Positions 31,701 to 40,237 of a stretch of DNA of 55,165 bases are shown in pieces (the stretch's first letter is position 1; the number at the start of each line of letters is the position of its first letter). The stretch lies in the NCBI GenBank assembly GCA_044865955.1, contig JBIOTM010000084.1:1-55165 (forward strand), written 5' to 3'. A program made the position numbers and the translations under genes. The notes beneath the pieces are model-generated. The model did no database searches and was not told the origin of the DNA. It saw nothing but the letters and a program-made list of their open reading frames with translations. This stretch comes from Actinomycetota bacterium (GTDB lineage Bacteria > Actinomycetota > UBA4738 > HRBIN12).

Positions 31701-32303
31701 TTCGGGCTCGGCGGTCTGCTGGAGGCGGGCTGCGACGTTCACGACGTCGCCAGTGACCATGAGCTGGTCGCCCCCCGTTCCCGCGATAACGTCCCCCGTG
31801 TGTACGCCGATGCGCATCGCAAGCCGGACCCCATGCCGCTCGGCGAGATCCGGGTTCATCTCCGCCAGGCGGGCCTGCATGTCGAGTGCCGCCCGTAGAG
31901 CGCGTTCGGGGTCGTCCTCATGCATCGCCGGGATTCCGAAGACGGACATGACCGCGTCGCCGATGAACTTCTCGACGGTCCCTCCCCACGACTCGATCAC
32001 CGAAGCCATGGCGTTGAAGTAATCGCCCAGGAGCGCGCGCAACTTTTCCGGGTCGAGCTGCTCGCCCAGTGCCGTCGAGCCGGTCAGGTCGGCGAACAGG
32101 ACCGTAACCAGCTTCCGCTCTTCCTCCTTGGCCGCCGCGAGATCGAGGCGATGACCGCAGGAAGGGCAGAACTGAGCATCGACCTTCGTTTCCTCGCCGC
32201 AGGATGGGCAAGTGCCGACCAGGACGGTGCCACAGGAAGGACAGAACCGAGCAGCCGCATCGATCTCCGCTCCGCAAGATGGGCATTTGAAGTTCCTCGA
32301 CAC
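28746..32303 (-). CDS. Class III nucleotidyl cyclase-STAND ATPase-TPR protein (copy 1, two double zinc ribbons)
   Basis: Four CxxC, VLFADLTGST, EKFIGDAV, GDVVNVAARL, Walker A GQAGIGKT, Walker B VVIEDLH, AEGNAFF, helical C-terminus. RBS GGGAGG before GTG 32303. Confidence 0.92.
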   Translation of the reverse strand: MSRNFKCPSCGAEIDAAARFCPSCGTVLVGTCPSCGEETKVDAQFCPSCGHRLDLAAAKEEERKLVTVLFADLTGSTALGEQLDPEKLRALLGDYFNAMASVIESWGGTVEKFIGDAVMSVFGIPAMHEDDPERALRAALDMQARLAEMNPDLAERHGVRLAMRIGVHTGDVIAGTGGDQLMVTGDVVNVAARLQQTAEPEEVVVGERTYLATRRMFVFEPIKERELRGKSRPVRAWRLIDRGEATGPRGVPGPATRLVGRDRELALLETLYRATLEGARPHLVTVLGQAGIGKTRLTEEFLARAQSGDPPTAVYGGRCLPYGEGITYWALREILWAAAGILLDDQSALAGEKLQKLVRGVFEGSGVDAFEVDQVMYALATTAGISLPGNPFDRMSPESVGEELSLAWPRFLSVLAAERPVTVVIEDLHRAEPPLLDMMEHLVSRSTGQVLIIATGRPEFAEARPGWSSKPAMSQIGLEPLTDAQSRELLGEMLPNVGPELRERILSAAEGNAFFSEEIVRHLIDEGVLEREGHEIVEMKLDSILTIPDTVRALLAARVDSLPAEEKAALQDAAVVGRIFWVTTLESMRADAPIRAALRALENKGLVVTRPTSSLPGQTELSFNHGLTREVAYQSIPKGRRARAHAAVGRWVERVAGDRREEFVDLLAYHYGCAAQSEEAALAWPDDASHREEIRSRAVAALLDAGSAAKTRFATDQAVGFAERALALATTDAERLAGLELKALAAHAAVRADDAWFCYRGALDIARQMGDAEAVSRLSANATLLWARYGGAFTTDEWKAQAVDIVRRGLEEAGEGAMTFETGALLTGRSAFRDWELAPHEKEDARRDAERGIEIAETINSPYLLSHALDALASLVEEEGFCGSAEIAERTLKVGRSMADRVQAHEMLVMAAKAFCEAGRYGEAEEVADEAASQAAALSPHHRLHAAFAQASYLVPTGRLEKLLDATAHVVDLVVEEGSHTCGLGTIALVGHVLARFEAEDTSAAVRAIELLDLAIPKRRIVFPRSHAVEILRPLAGLEDSLRRLEGIEDPESVVERIYKLRAELPLRALTGDRDRFRHLAEEARSLSGPACAPYLDWLADWGEAVQLARSGAPAEAMAAATGAASSLDAYGERYTAARLMVDLLPLLELERDVARAAAQDVAERLERMRALASATEARQVASNG

Positions 32304-32462
32304 GGCCACCCTCCCGGGCCCATCTTGACGGTCCTCGAGTTGTCCTGGAAGTCCGATCTCACCTGGACGGTCTGCTCGACTCACGTAGCCACACGGCTTC
32401 ATGGACTCGCTCCTGCACCCCAGTCCTGCCCTCACCAAGCAGCCCTCTGAGCTGGTCGAGGC

Positions 32463-32490
32463 GGTTCGAATAGCGTCCCCTTAGGTCCAC
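32463..32490 (+). repeat. att-like derivative of the tmRNA 3' end, copy R1
   Basis: GGTTCGAATAGCGTCCCCTTAGGTCCAC versus ssrA GGTTCGAAT-----CCCCTCACCTCCAC; 25/28 identical to R2. Confidence 0.75.
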
Positions 32491-32540
32491 TGCTCTCCGC
32501 TACGGATTCCAGCGGCACGCCCTTGGAAAGGACGGTGCGG

Positions 32541-33368
32541 TCAGGTGGCCTGCCCGGATGGCAGTCCGCGCTTCACGAGCAGGTTGGCGATCAGCTGTTG
32601 TCCCTTCCCACTCGGATAGCAGCAGTCCTCCTTGTTCATGAGGCCGCTCGCGTATGCATCTTCCAACCCACTTCGGCCGTTGAAGGCGGTGAGGACGTCG
32701 ACGCATTGCCCCTCGTACTTCTGTATCGCACCGCAGATCGCATCTCGCTCCGTTGCCGCCTGGTAGCGACCGAGGTCCGGTGTGAGGAATGGAGGCACGA
32801 CGTCCTCGGCCCCGGGCACGACGTTTGCCAGAGTGATCGCGCGGAGCAGGGCGTCGGATGGAGTGGTCGTGTGCACGCCAGCAACGATGTCCTCGAAGTT
32901 CCTCCTGAAGCGCCGCAGGACCGGTGTGTAGCATGCCTTCCCCTTGCAGGACCCGGCCTCGAGATTGGCGTCGCCCTCGTTGAGATCCGCGCCGCCGATC
33001 CCGATGAGGACCACATCCGCGCTCGCCAGCTCCTGGCGAGTCACATCGTCCGACCGCACCTCGTCCAGGAGCTGCTCGCTCGTCTCGCCCTCCGCAGCGA
33101 GGTTGGTCACCTGCACGTCCACGCCGAGCTTCCTTTGGACGAGATCGCCATAGCGTCCCACCCAGCCCGTGCCGGTCGGGTCGCCAGCTCCTGTCGCGTC
33201 CGAGTCGCCGAGCGCCACGATCCGGAGCGCGGCGGTGGCCGACGAGGCACTCGGCGCCGACGTCGGACCCGGAGCCGACGGCGGCGCCGACCGGCAGCCG
33301 TTCAAGACGGCAGCTGCGAGAAGGATCGTGACAGCGAACGTGATGCGGCGAGACGCGCGAACGGTCAT
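32541..33368 (-). CDS. SGNH/GDSL-fold lipoprotein
   Basis: Lipobox LNGC, VALGDS, block III IGGAD, block V EDCCYPS. Confidence 0.8.
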   Translation of the reverse strand: MTVRASRRITFAVTILLAAAVLNGCRSAPPSAPGPTSAPSASSATAALRIVALGDSDATGAGDPTGTGWVGRYGDLVQRKLGVDVQVTNLAAEGETSEQLLDEVRSDDVTRQELASADVVLIGIGGADLNEGDANLEAGSCKGKACYTPVLRRFRRNFEDIVAGVHTTTPSDALLRAITLANVVPGAEDVVPPFLTPDLGRYQAATERDAICGAIQKYEGQCVDVLTAFNGRSGLEDAYASGLMNKEDCCYPSGKGQQLIANLLVKRGLPSGQAT

Positions 33369-33638
33369 CCGAGCCCTCCCCCTGTCGTCGCAGCCGGGCG
33401 AACCATAGCCCGCGACCACTCCGGGCGCACGTCAGCCTTGCGGGTCGGAGGCCGTCGCGCTTCCTCGCACCGCCCACGGAGGGTCTCCCCGGTATGACCG
33501 CCGTCGAGTACCCGACGGCACTGGGTGCCGGCTACGCGGGCTCGCTGGAATCAGGAGCTACGATCTTGGTCCGCAGCCCCGCCAGTTGCTCATGCCAAGT
33601 GGCGGAAGGAAGCGCGTGCCCGGGCCAACCCCCCGGTA

Positions 33639-33666
33639 GGTTCGAATAACGTCCTCTCAGGTCCAC
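33639..33666 (+). repeat. att-like derivative of the tmRNA 3' end, copy R2
   Basis: GGTTCGAATAACGTCCTCTCAGGTCCAC; same orientation as ssrA and R1. Confidence 0.75.
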
Positions 33667-33702
33667 CTAGAAGGCCGAGTCCCTTCGTCCTAGGCTTCCA
33701 TC

Positions 33703-36700
33703 GTGCTCATCTGCTCAAGCTGCGGGAGGGAGAATCCCGAGGACGCCCGCTTCTGCAACGCGTGTGGCACAGCTCTCGCCGTTCCTCTCCCTCCCCGGTC
33801 GGAGGAGAGGAAGATCGTCACGGTTCTGTTCTGTGACTTGGTCGGGTTCACGTCTCGGTCAGACCAGGCAGATCCTGAGGACGTCCGAGCGGCCCTGCAT
33901 CCGTACCATGCCAGGGTCCGCTCAGAGGTTGAGCGATTCGGGGGTAGGGTCGAGAAGTTCGTGGGGGACGCGGTCATGGCCCTGTTCGGTGCTCCGGTCG
34001 CCCACGAGGACGACGCCGAGCGAGCGGTAAGAACGGGACTCCGGGTTCTCGAGGCCGTATCCGAGCTCAACGATGCCACCCCCGGGCTGGAGTTGGCCGT
34101 GCGTATCGGCGTAAACACCGGCGAGGCTGTGGTGACCCTTCAGGCCAGGCCCGAAGAGGGCGAGTCCATGGCAGCCGGAGACGTGGTGAACACTGCCGCA
34201 CGGCTCCAGCAAGCGGCGCCGGTGGGTGCCGTGGTGGTTGGCGAAGTCACCTGCCGGGCCACACGGGACGCCATCGACTACGAGGCTCTGGGGCCGGTTC
34301 GAGTGAAAGGGAAGGCGGAGCCCGTTGGCATGTGGCGGGCGCTCAGGGTCCGAAAGCCGGTCGGGGCCGAAGCGGAGCGACTTCCCGCACCCTTCATCGG
34401 ACGCGAGGATGACCTTGCACTCCTCAAGCAGACCTTCTCGAGGACGCTACGAGAGTCCTCGGCTCAGTTGGTGACGGTGACGGGCGAGCCGGGGGTGGGA
34501 AAGTCGAGGCTGCTAGCCGAGTTCAGGGCCTCACTTGAGAAGCAGACCGGCGCCGTTTCCTGGCATCAGGGCCGATGTCTCCCGTACGGAGAAGGGGTCA
34601 CGTTCTGGGCCCTGGGGGAAATCGTGAAGTCCCACGCCGGCATGCTCGAATCGGATGGTCCCGGCGCCGCATCGGACAAACTGACGTCCTCATTGACCTC
34701 GCTTGTTGCCGATCCCTCCGAGCGGGACTGGATCGCGAGCCGACTGGCTCCCCTCGTGGGCGCGAGGACGTCCGAGGCCGCCGGATCGGTGGAGCGCGAG
34801 GAGTCCTTCACGGCCTGGCGGCGGTTCTTCGAGGCCTTGGCCGCGGAGCGCCCTCTCGTCCTTGTGTTCGAGGACCTGCATTGGGCCGACCTTGCGATGC
34901 TCGAGTTCGTGGAACACCTCGTCGATTGGTCCACGAGCGTGCCGCTCCTGGTGCTTTCCGTTGCCCGGCCCGAGCTGTACGAGCGCCGGCAAGGATGGGG
35001 AGGAGGGAAGAAGAACTCGACCACGATCGCATTGTCCCCTCTCACCACGGAGGAGACGGCCCGTCTGATCTCGGCGCTGCTATCCCAGGCCGTGTTGCCC
35101 GCGTCGACGCAGCGCGCGCTCATCGAGCGGGCGGGTGGCAACCCGCTGTACGCAGAGGAGTTCGTACGGATGCTCTTCGACCGCGGGATCCTCTTGCGGA
35201 GGGACCGGGTCGTCCACGTCGCGTCCAGCGTAGAGATCCCGGTCCCCGAGACGGTACAGGCTCTGATCGCCGCACGCCTGGACACCGTCCCAAGCGACCG
35301 CAAGGCGCTGCTCCATGACGCCGCCGTCGTGGGGAAGGTCTTCTGGTCGGGGGCCGTCTCCTTCATCGGAGGGGGGCGGCTCAGGGACGTGGAGGAAGGG
35401 CTCCACGAGCTTGTCAGGAAAGAGTTGGTCCGCCCGGCGAGGGGCTCCTCGGTCGCGGATCAAGCCGAGTACTCCTTCTGGCACCTGTTGGTTCGAGACG
35501 TCGCCTACGGGCAGATCCCCCGGGCCGCCCGGGCGAAGAAACACCGGTCAGCCGCGGAATGGATCGAGTCGATCGCAGGCGACCGGATCACCGACCATGC
35601 CGAACTCCTCGCCCACCATGATGTCCAGGCGCTCGAACTGACCAGAGCGACCGGCGCGGATGGGGAGCTTGCTCACCTCGAGGAGCGGAGCCGTCGCTCC
35701 CTCGAGCTCGCCGGTGACCGGGCGATGCAGCTCGACGTGACGATGGCAGAGTCGTACTTCCGCAGGGCCCTTGAGCTCCTTCCTACCGACCACCCAGGCC
35801 GAGCAAGCGTCCTCACCAAGGCGGCCGAGTGCGCCTTCCTGTCCGGCCGGTTCCCGGAGGCGGAACGGGACTACGAGCAGGCCATCGCGGGACTACGCAC
35901 TCGGGGCGATGCGCTGGGAGTGGGAGCGGCCATGGTGAGCCTGTCATTCGTGCACGGGTTCCGAGGGAAGACCGCACCCGCCCGCGAGCTCCTGCGGCAA
36001 GTGGTCGAGCTGCTCGAGGCCGAACCCCCTGGCCCCGAGCTGGCCAAGGCGTACGGCCAGATCGCCAGGGACATGATGCTGTCGGGCCGAAACAGGGAGT
36101 GCCTGGAGTGGTCCGAGAAAGCCCTCGAGCTGGCCGAGGAACTCGACATCCAGGGAGTGGCGGTGATGGCGCGGCAGTTCCGGGGAAGCAGTCGATGTGA
36201 GCTCGGAGACCTCGGAGGCGTCGACGATCTCAGGCGGGCCCTCGAGATGAGCCTGCAGTACGCACTCGGCCATGAGACCGTTCGCTGCCACATCAACCTG
36301 GCCGACTGGGTCTGGTACATCGAGGGCCCGGCGAACGCCCTCGACATCCAGCGAGATGGCATCCGCTTCGGAGAGCGCCGAGGGATCACCGGCCCTGTTC
36401 TGTGGACGAAGGGCGAGTCGTTGTGGACGCTGTTCGACCTCGGACAGTGGGACGAGCTGCTCAGGACGGCGGACGAGCTCATCGAATGGGATCGAGCTCA
36501 CGGAGGCAGCTACTTCGGAGTCATGGCGCTCACGTACAAGGCGGCAGCACTCCTGTGGAGGGGCCGAGTCTCAGACGCTGCCGCTCTCAAGGAGAAGTTC
36601 CTCAGCCGTGCCCGAGAGATCGCCGACACCCAGATCCTCGTCCCGGCGCTCACCGTGGGAGCCATGATCGAGGGGCGCAGAGGGAACCTCGATGTGGCTC

Positions 36701-37146
36701 TCCGACTGGTCCAGGAAACCGTCGAGACGACGAGCGAGCAACCGCGGTTCCGGGCGCAATTCCTGGCCGACGCTTCCCGGGTCGCCGTCTCGGCGCACGG
36801 GATCGATCTCGCCGGGACGCTCATCGAGGGGTCGGCCAGCGAGACCACGCGTGACCAGCACTCGGTGCGTACGGCTCGCGCAATCGTCGCCGAGGCCGAA
36901 CGGAGGCTAGAGGAGGCCGAGAAGCTCTACCGTGACGTTGCTCCTCGGTGGCAGGGATACGGGCATCCCCTGGAGAGGGGCCTCGCGCTTCTCGGTTTGG
37001 GCCGGTGCCTTCGGGATCTGAAGAGGATGCCGGATGCAGAAGTCCCTCTGATCGACGCGCGGAGCATCTTCGTCGGGCTCGGCACCCAGCCCCTCGTGGA
37101 GGAAGCCGACGCGCTGCTCGGAGGGGCGACCGCCCTGACGTCTTGA
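33703..37146 (+). CDS. Class III nucleotidyl cyclase-STAND ATPase-TPR protein (copy 2)
   Basis: Zinc ribbon, LFCDLVGFT, EKFVGDAV, GDVVNTAARL, GEPGVGKS, VFEDLH, GGNPLY, TPR-like tail. Confidence 0.93.
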   Translation: MLICSSCGRENPEDARFCNACGTALAVPLPPRSEERKIVTVLFCDLVGFTSRSDQADPEDVRAALHPYHARVRSEVERFGGRVEKFVGDAVMALFGAPVAHEDDAERAVRTGLRVLEAVSELNDATPGLELAVRIGVNTGEAVVTLQARPEEGESMAAGDVVNTAARLQQAAPVGAVVVGEVTCRATRDAIDYEALGPVRVKGKAEPVGMWRALRVRKPVGAEAERLPAPFIGREDDLALLKQTFSRTLRESSAQLVTVTGEPGVGKSRLLAEFRASLEKQTGAVSWHQGRCLPYGEGVTFWALGEIVKSHAGMLESDGPGAASDKLTSSLTSLVADPSERDWIASRLAPLVGARTSEAAGSVEREESFTAWRRFFEALAAERPLVLVFEDLHWADLAMLEFVEHLVDWSTSVPLLVLSVARPELYERRQGWGGGKKNSTTIALSPLTTEETARLISALLSQAVLPASTQRALIERAGGNPLYAEEFVRMLFDRGILLRRDRVVHVASSVEIPVPETVQALIAARLDTVPSDRKALLHDAAVVGKVFWSGAVSFIGGGRLRDVEEGLHELVRKELVRPARGSSVADQAEYSFWHLLVRDVAYGQIPRAARAKKHRSAAEWIESIAGDRITDHAELLAHHDVQALELTRATGADGELAHLEERSRRSLELAGDRAMQLDVTMAESYFRRALELLPTDHPGRASVLTKAAECAFLSGRFPEAERDYEQAIAGLRTRGDALGVGAAMVSLSFVHGFRGKTAPARELLRQVVELLEAEPPGPELAKAYGQIARDMMLSGRNRECLEWSEKALELAEELDIQGVAVMARQFRGSSRCELGDLGGVDDLRRALEMSLQYALGHETVRCHINLADWVWYIEGPANALDIQRDGIRFGERRGITGPVLWTKGESLWTLFDLGQWDELLRTADELIEWDRAHGGSYFGVMALTYKAAALLWRGRVSDAAALKEKFLSRAREIADTQILVPALTVGAMIEGRRGNLDVALRLVQETVETTSEQPRFRAQFLADASRVAVSAHGIDLAGTLIEGSASETTRDQHSVRTARAIVAEAERRLEEAEKLYRDVAPRWQGYGHPLERGLALLGLGRCLRDLKRMPDAEVPLIDARSIFVGLGTQPLVEEADALLGGATALTS

Positions 37147-37149
37147 CGT

Positions 37150-38398
37150 CCTTGATGCCGAACGCAAGGGAAACGTCGTGATGGCCGATCGGGCAGGGGC
37201 CAGATCTGGATCCTCCTCGATCGTCCGACGATCGGACCAGCCCGCCTCGACGGCCCGGTCCAACCACTCGAGCGCTCGGCCCGCGTGGCCGCTGCGGCTG
37301 AGGCTGCACGCGACGTTGTAGGCCACCTCGGCACGAGGACCGACGTCGATCTCGAACAGGTGTCGACCGACGCCCGCCGAGTCGTCGAAGAACCCTCCCG
37401 CATGGAGCTGGTACTGCAACCGCAGCGCGACATCGACCGCTGCCTCCTGCCTCGATGCGAGCACCTGATGCGTGACCGCTCCCACCGCTCCGGCCCTGGC
37501 CAGCTCCCGGACCACGGTCGAGCCGGTGGACGTCGTGGGATGTTCGAGCATCCATCCAGAGATCGCCCGCGCTCCCTCGTCCACGGAGCCCTCGATCAGG
37601 CTCAGACATCCGTCAAGGAGGACCTTGTTCACCGACGTCGAAAGGCCCCGGACGATGTCGCTGGCCTCCCCCGGATGTTCGTCGGCCAGGAGCGCCCACG
37701 CCAGGGACTCGGATGCCTGGTCGCGCACGGCCGAGGTGCGCGACGTTCGCCCCCACGAAGTACAGGGCGAACGCTCCGGCGTAGATCAGTCCGCGCGCGA
37801 AGGCGAGGGCCGCTCCGGCTGCGGCGGTCACGATCGCGATCATCAAGGCGATCCGCTCCCCGCCCTGGGGCCGGACGTACACCAGGAGACGCCGGGCCAC
37901 GAGCCCTCCGTCGAGAGGGAGGACGGGGAGGAGGTTCAGGAGCGCCCACCCCACGCTCACCCACACGAGATCGGACAGCACGATCCACCAACGGATGCTT
38001 CCGAGATCGGTCGGTTCGATCGAGGAGCGCAGCGCCATGGCCGGGAGCCCGAGCAGGGTCAGCTGGGTGAAGGACCCCGCGAGGGTCGAGATGACGTCCT
38101 TGGCGAGGGGCAGCGGCTTCGTGGGATAGGTCGCGCCGCCGAACGCGTGCAGCGTGATCCGCGGTGTGTCGCCGAACGCGCGCAAGGTCACCGCATGGCC
38201 CATCTCGTGGACGAGGATGGACACGAAGACGACCGCGATCCAGCCGAGGAGGAGCTCGCCGGGTCGGCCTTGACCGAGGATCGCGGCAACGAAGAAGAAC
38301 GTGGCCTCGATCCGCACGGGGAACCCCGCGAGGCGGAGGGTGACGCCCGGGCACGACCCTTCGGTTCGCCGTTCGTGACATTTCGATCCTCTGTCCAC
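37150..38398 (-). pseudogene. Frameshifted site-2 protease (M50) with C-terminal TPR-like domain
   Basis: HEMGH and NLLPVLPLDGG in 37613..38398. Continues in another frame from ~37728 (AYNVACSLSR...ALEWL.RAVEAG...DPDL). Both ends ill-defined. Confidence 0.65.
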
Positions 38399-38594
38399 GG
38401 GTGTCCTCCGTGGCGCAGATCACCCACGTGACTTCGTGGATGCCGCAGGGTACCGAAGAGGTCGAGCCCGCAGATCGCCCGATGACCCTTCGCTACCGTT
38501 CGTCCGATGACCGCGAACGAGGCGTTCCGAAGGGTCGTGTTCACAGGGGAGCACACCAGCTCCGTGGGATGTACATGGCACGGCCCGCCGAGAC

Positions 38595-38978
38595 CTATGG
38601 GACCTCGAGCTGATCGCCGTCGCCGATCTCGACCAAGGCGGCGGCCTTCGCCAACACCACCGGCACGTGGATGCCGTAGAGCTCCGCCGCCACGAGGGCG
38701 CCGACCGTGATGATGTCGTCCGGCTCGCCGAGCACGATTCCGGCTGGACCCGTGCCGAGGCGGGTCGCCTCGGCGAGGATCGTCGAGCTGGACGAGGACC
38801 CTCGTCCGGAAGGCATCACGAGGATCCTCCCGGTGACGATCGCGCCCCGCTGGGGATGGTTCCCCTCGACGATCTCGCCCGTCGCTGGGTCCAGCCCACC
38901 CCAGAAGCTGAGCGGCTCGTCGAGGACGAGCGCCTGTCCGCGGGCGTGTCCCTCCACGAGGACGCGTCCTTGCATCAT
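38595..38978 (-). CDS. Aconitase X small (swivel, DUF126) subunit
   Basis: PLSFWGGLDP.TG, HPQRG, GRGSSSSS; ATGA overlap with the large subunit. Confidence 0.9.
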   Translation of the reverse strand: MMQGRVLVEGHARGQALVLDEPLSFWGGLDPATGEIVEGNHPQRGAIVTGRILVMPSGRGSSSSSTILAEATRLGTGPAGIVLGEPDDIITVGALVAAELYGIHVPVVLAKAAALVEIGDGDQLEVP

Positions 38979-40237
38979 CCGCCCCAGAGGGAGCGGTCGC
39001 GGATCACGCGGCCCGCCGCGGCCGACCGCACGCACTCCTCGAGGCTCCCGAGCGCGACGTCGAACCCCAGGTTGCTGGGCGCGTACCACGCCCACTTGGC
39101 CGAGTCGGTCATGACCGGGCCCTCGACGTCATGCATCACCGGCGTGATGTAGGTGCACGTGTCGGTCACGACGGTGACGCCGGCGGCGGCGAGCGAGCTC
39201 GCGAGCGAGCCGACGCCCTCGAGCTGCGCTCGGCCGGTGTTGACGAAGAACGGGACGGCCGGCGGAGCGTCCTGGACGAGGTCGGCGAGCCGCCGGAGCT
39301 CGGTGTCCGAGGCGTGTGGCGTCCCCACGGAGACGGCGCCGATCTCCGTGCCGTTGCCGACGCGCGAGACCTCGTCCCTCGCCGCACGCAGGTCCTTCCC
39401 CGAGACCACGATCCGCCGGATGCCGGGGGCGGCGACCGCCTGCAGCGTGGCGGCTTCCGGCGTGATCCCGACCGCATGGAAGATGGCGACGGAGCCCGAG
39501 CTCGCGGCCGCGGCGCCGAGCGCCTTGAGGCCATCCTCGGAGATCTCCGGCGGGAGCCCTTCGATCGCCGCCACCTCGCTCCCGGCCAGGCGGCCCAGGA
39601 GGTGGCCCAGGACGGGAGGGAGGACCTCGGCGGCGAGCAGCTCGTCGGGCACCGCGCGCAGGTCGATCGCCAGGGTCGCGCGCCGACGGGCGTCGGTGTG
39701 TAGACCGCTGTCCGGCACGCGTCCCGTGACGGCCGCGCAGATGTCGATGAAGTCTCCATAGCGGTTCGTCCGGGCGCCGAGGACCGAGTTGGCGAACACG
39801 ATCGCGTTCGACTCGGCCCAGGCGACGTGCTCCCCGAACGCCGGACGGTCCGGCAGTTGGTACGGCGCGCACGTCCAGGTGGGCCGGCACCCCATCGCGA
39901 CGTAGGCGTCCATCTGACGCTTCGCCCGGTCGCGGGTCTCCTCGTCGAGCCGCGCGAGCTCGGGATGGAGCAGATCCAGCGAGCTCACGTTCAGGGTCGT
40001 CGGAACGGACACGTTCGCGCCGCCCGCCACGAGCCGCTCTGCGAAGTCCAGCCCGGCCTGCCCGTGATAGAGGCAGGAGTCGACGTGGGCCCGCGTGACG
40101 TCCCGCAGGCGCGAGGCCTCCATCACCTCCGCCATCCGAACCACGAGGCGCATGGCGAGCGCGACCGCTTCGCCGCGCCCACCGTCGAGCGACTCGCGAT
40201 CCTCCGCCGTCAGGTCGACGGCGGCACCGGAGGTCAT
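38975..40237 (-). CDS. Aconitase X catalytic (DUF521) subunit
   Basis: AHVDSC, VPTTLN, TWTCAPY, AWAESNA...NSVLGARTNR, DTC, MTDSAKWA.YAP. Confidence 0.92.
   Translation of the reverse strand: MTSGAAVDLTAEDRESLDGGRGEAVALAMRLVVRMAEVMEASRLRDVTRAHVDSCLYHGQAGLDFAERLVAGGANVSVPTTLNVSSLDLLHPELARLDEETRDRAKRQMDAYVAMGCRPTWTCAPYQLPDRPAFGEHVAWAESNAIVFANSVLGARTNRYGDFIDICAAVTGRVPDSGLHTDARRRATLAIDLRAVPDELLAAEVLPPVLGHLLGRLAGSEVAAIEGLPPEISEDGLKALGAAAASSGSVAIFHAVGITPEAATLQAVAAPGIRRIVVSGKDLRAARDEVSRVGNGTEIGAVSVGTPHASDTELRRLADLVQDAPPAVPFFVNTGRAQLEGVGSLASSLAAAGVTVVTDTCTYITPVMHDVEGPVMTDSAKWAWYAPSNLGFDVALGSLEECVRSAAAGRVIRDRSLWGG

Larger units (their letters stand above)
28718..38398. mobile_element. Integrase-less genomic island / tandem integration remnants at the ssrA 3' end
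   Basis: Starts at the tmRNA 3' end, visibly more A/T third positions, contains ssrA-like junction repeats and accessory or degraded genes. Right border uncertain (38398-38590). Confidence 0.6.

Noticed and set aside
32463-33666. R1/R2 as tRNA genes or CRISPR repeats
   Set aside because: No cloverleaf upstream of the TTCGAAT, spacing over 1 kb, and no cas genes. I saw no CRISPR array anywhere in the window.
38514-38529. LexA box (CGAAC-N4-GTTCG)
   Set aside because: The spacer is 5 nt and the right half is imperfect; the sequence is explained by the local repeat.
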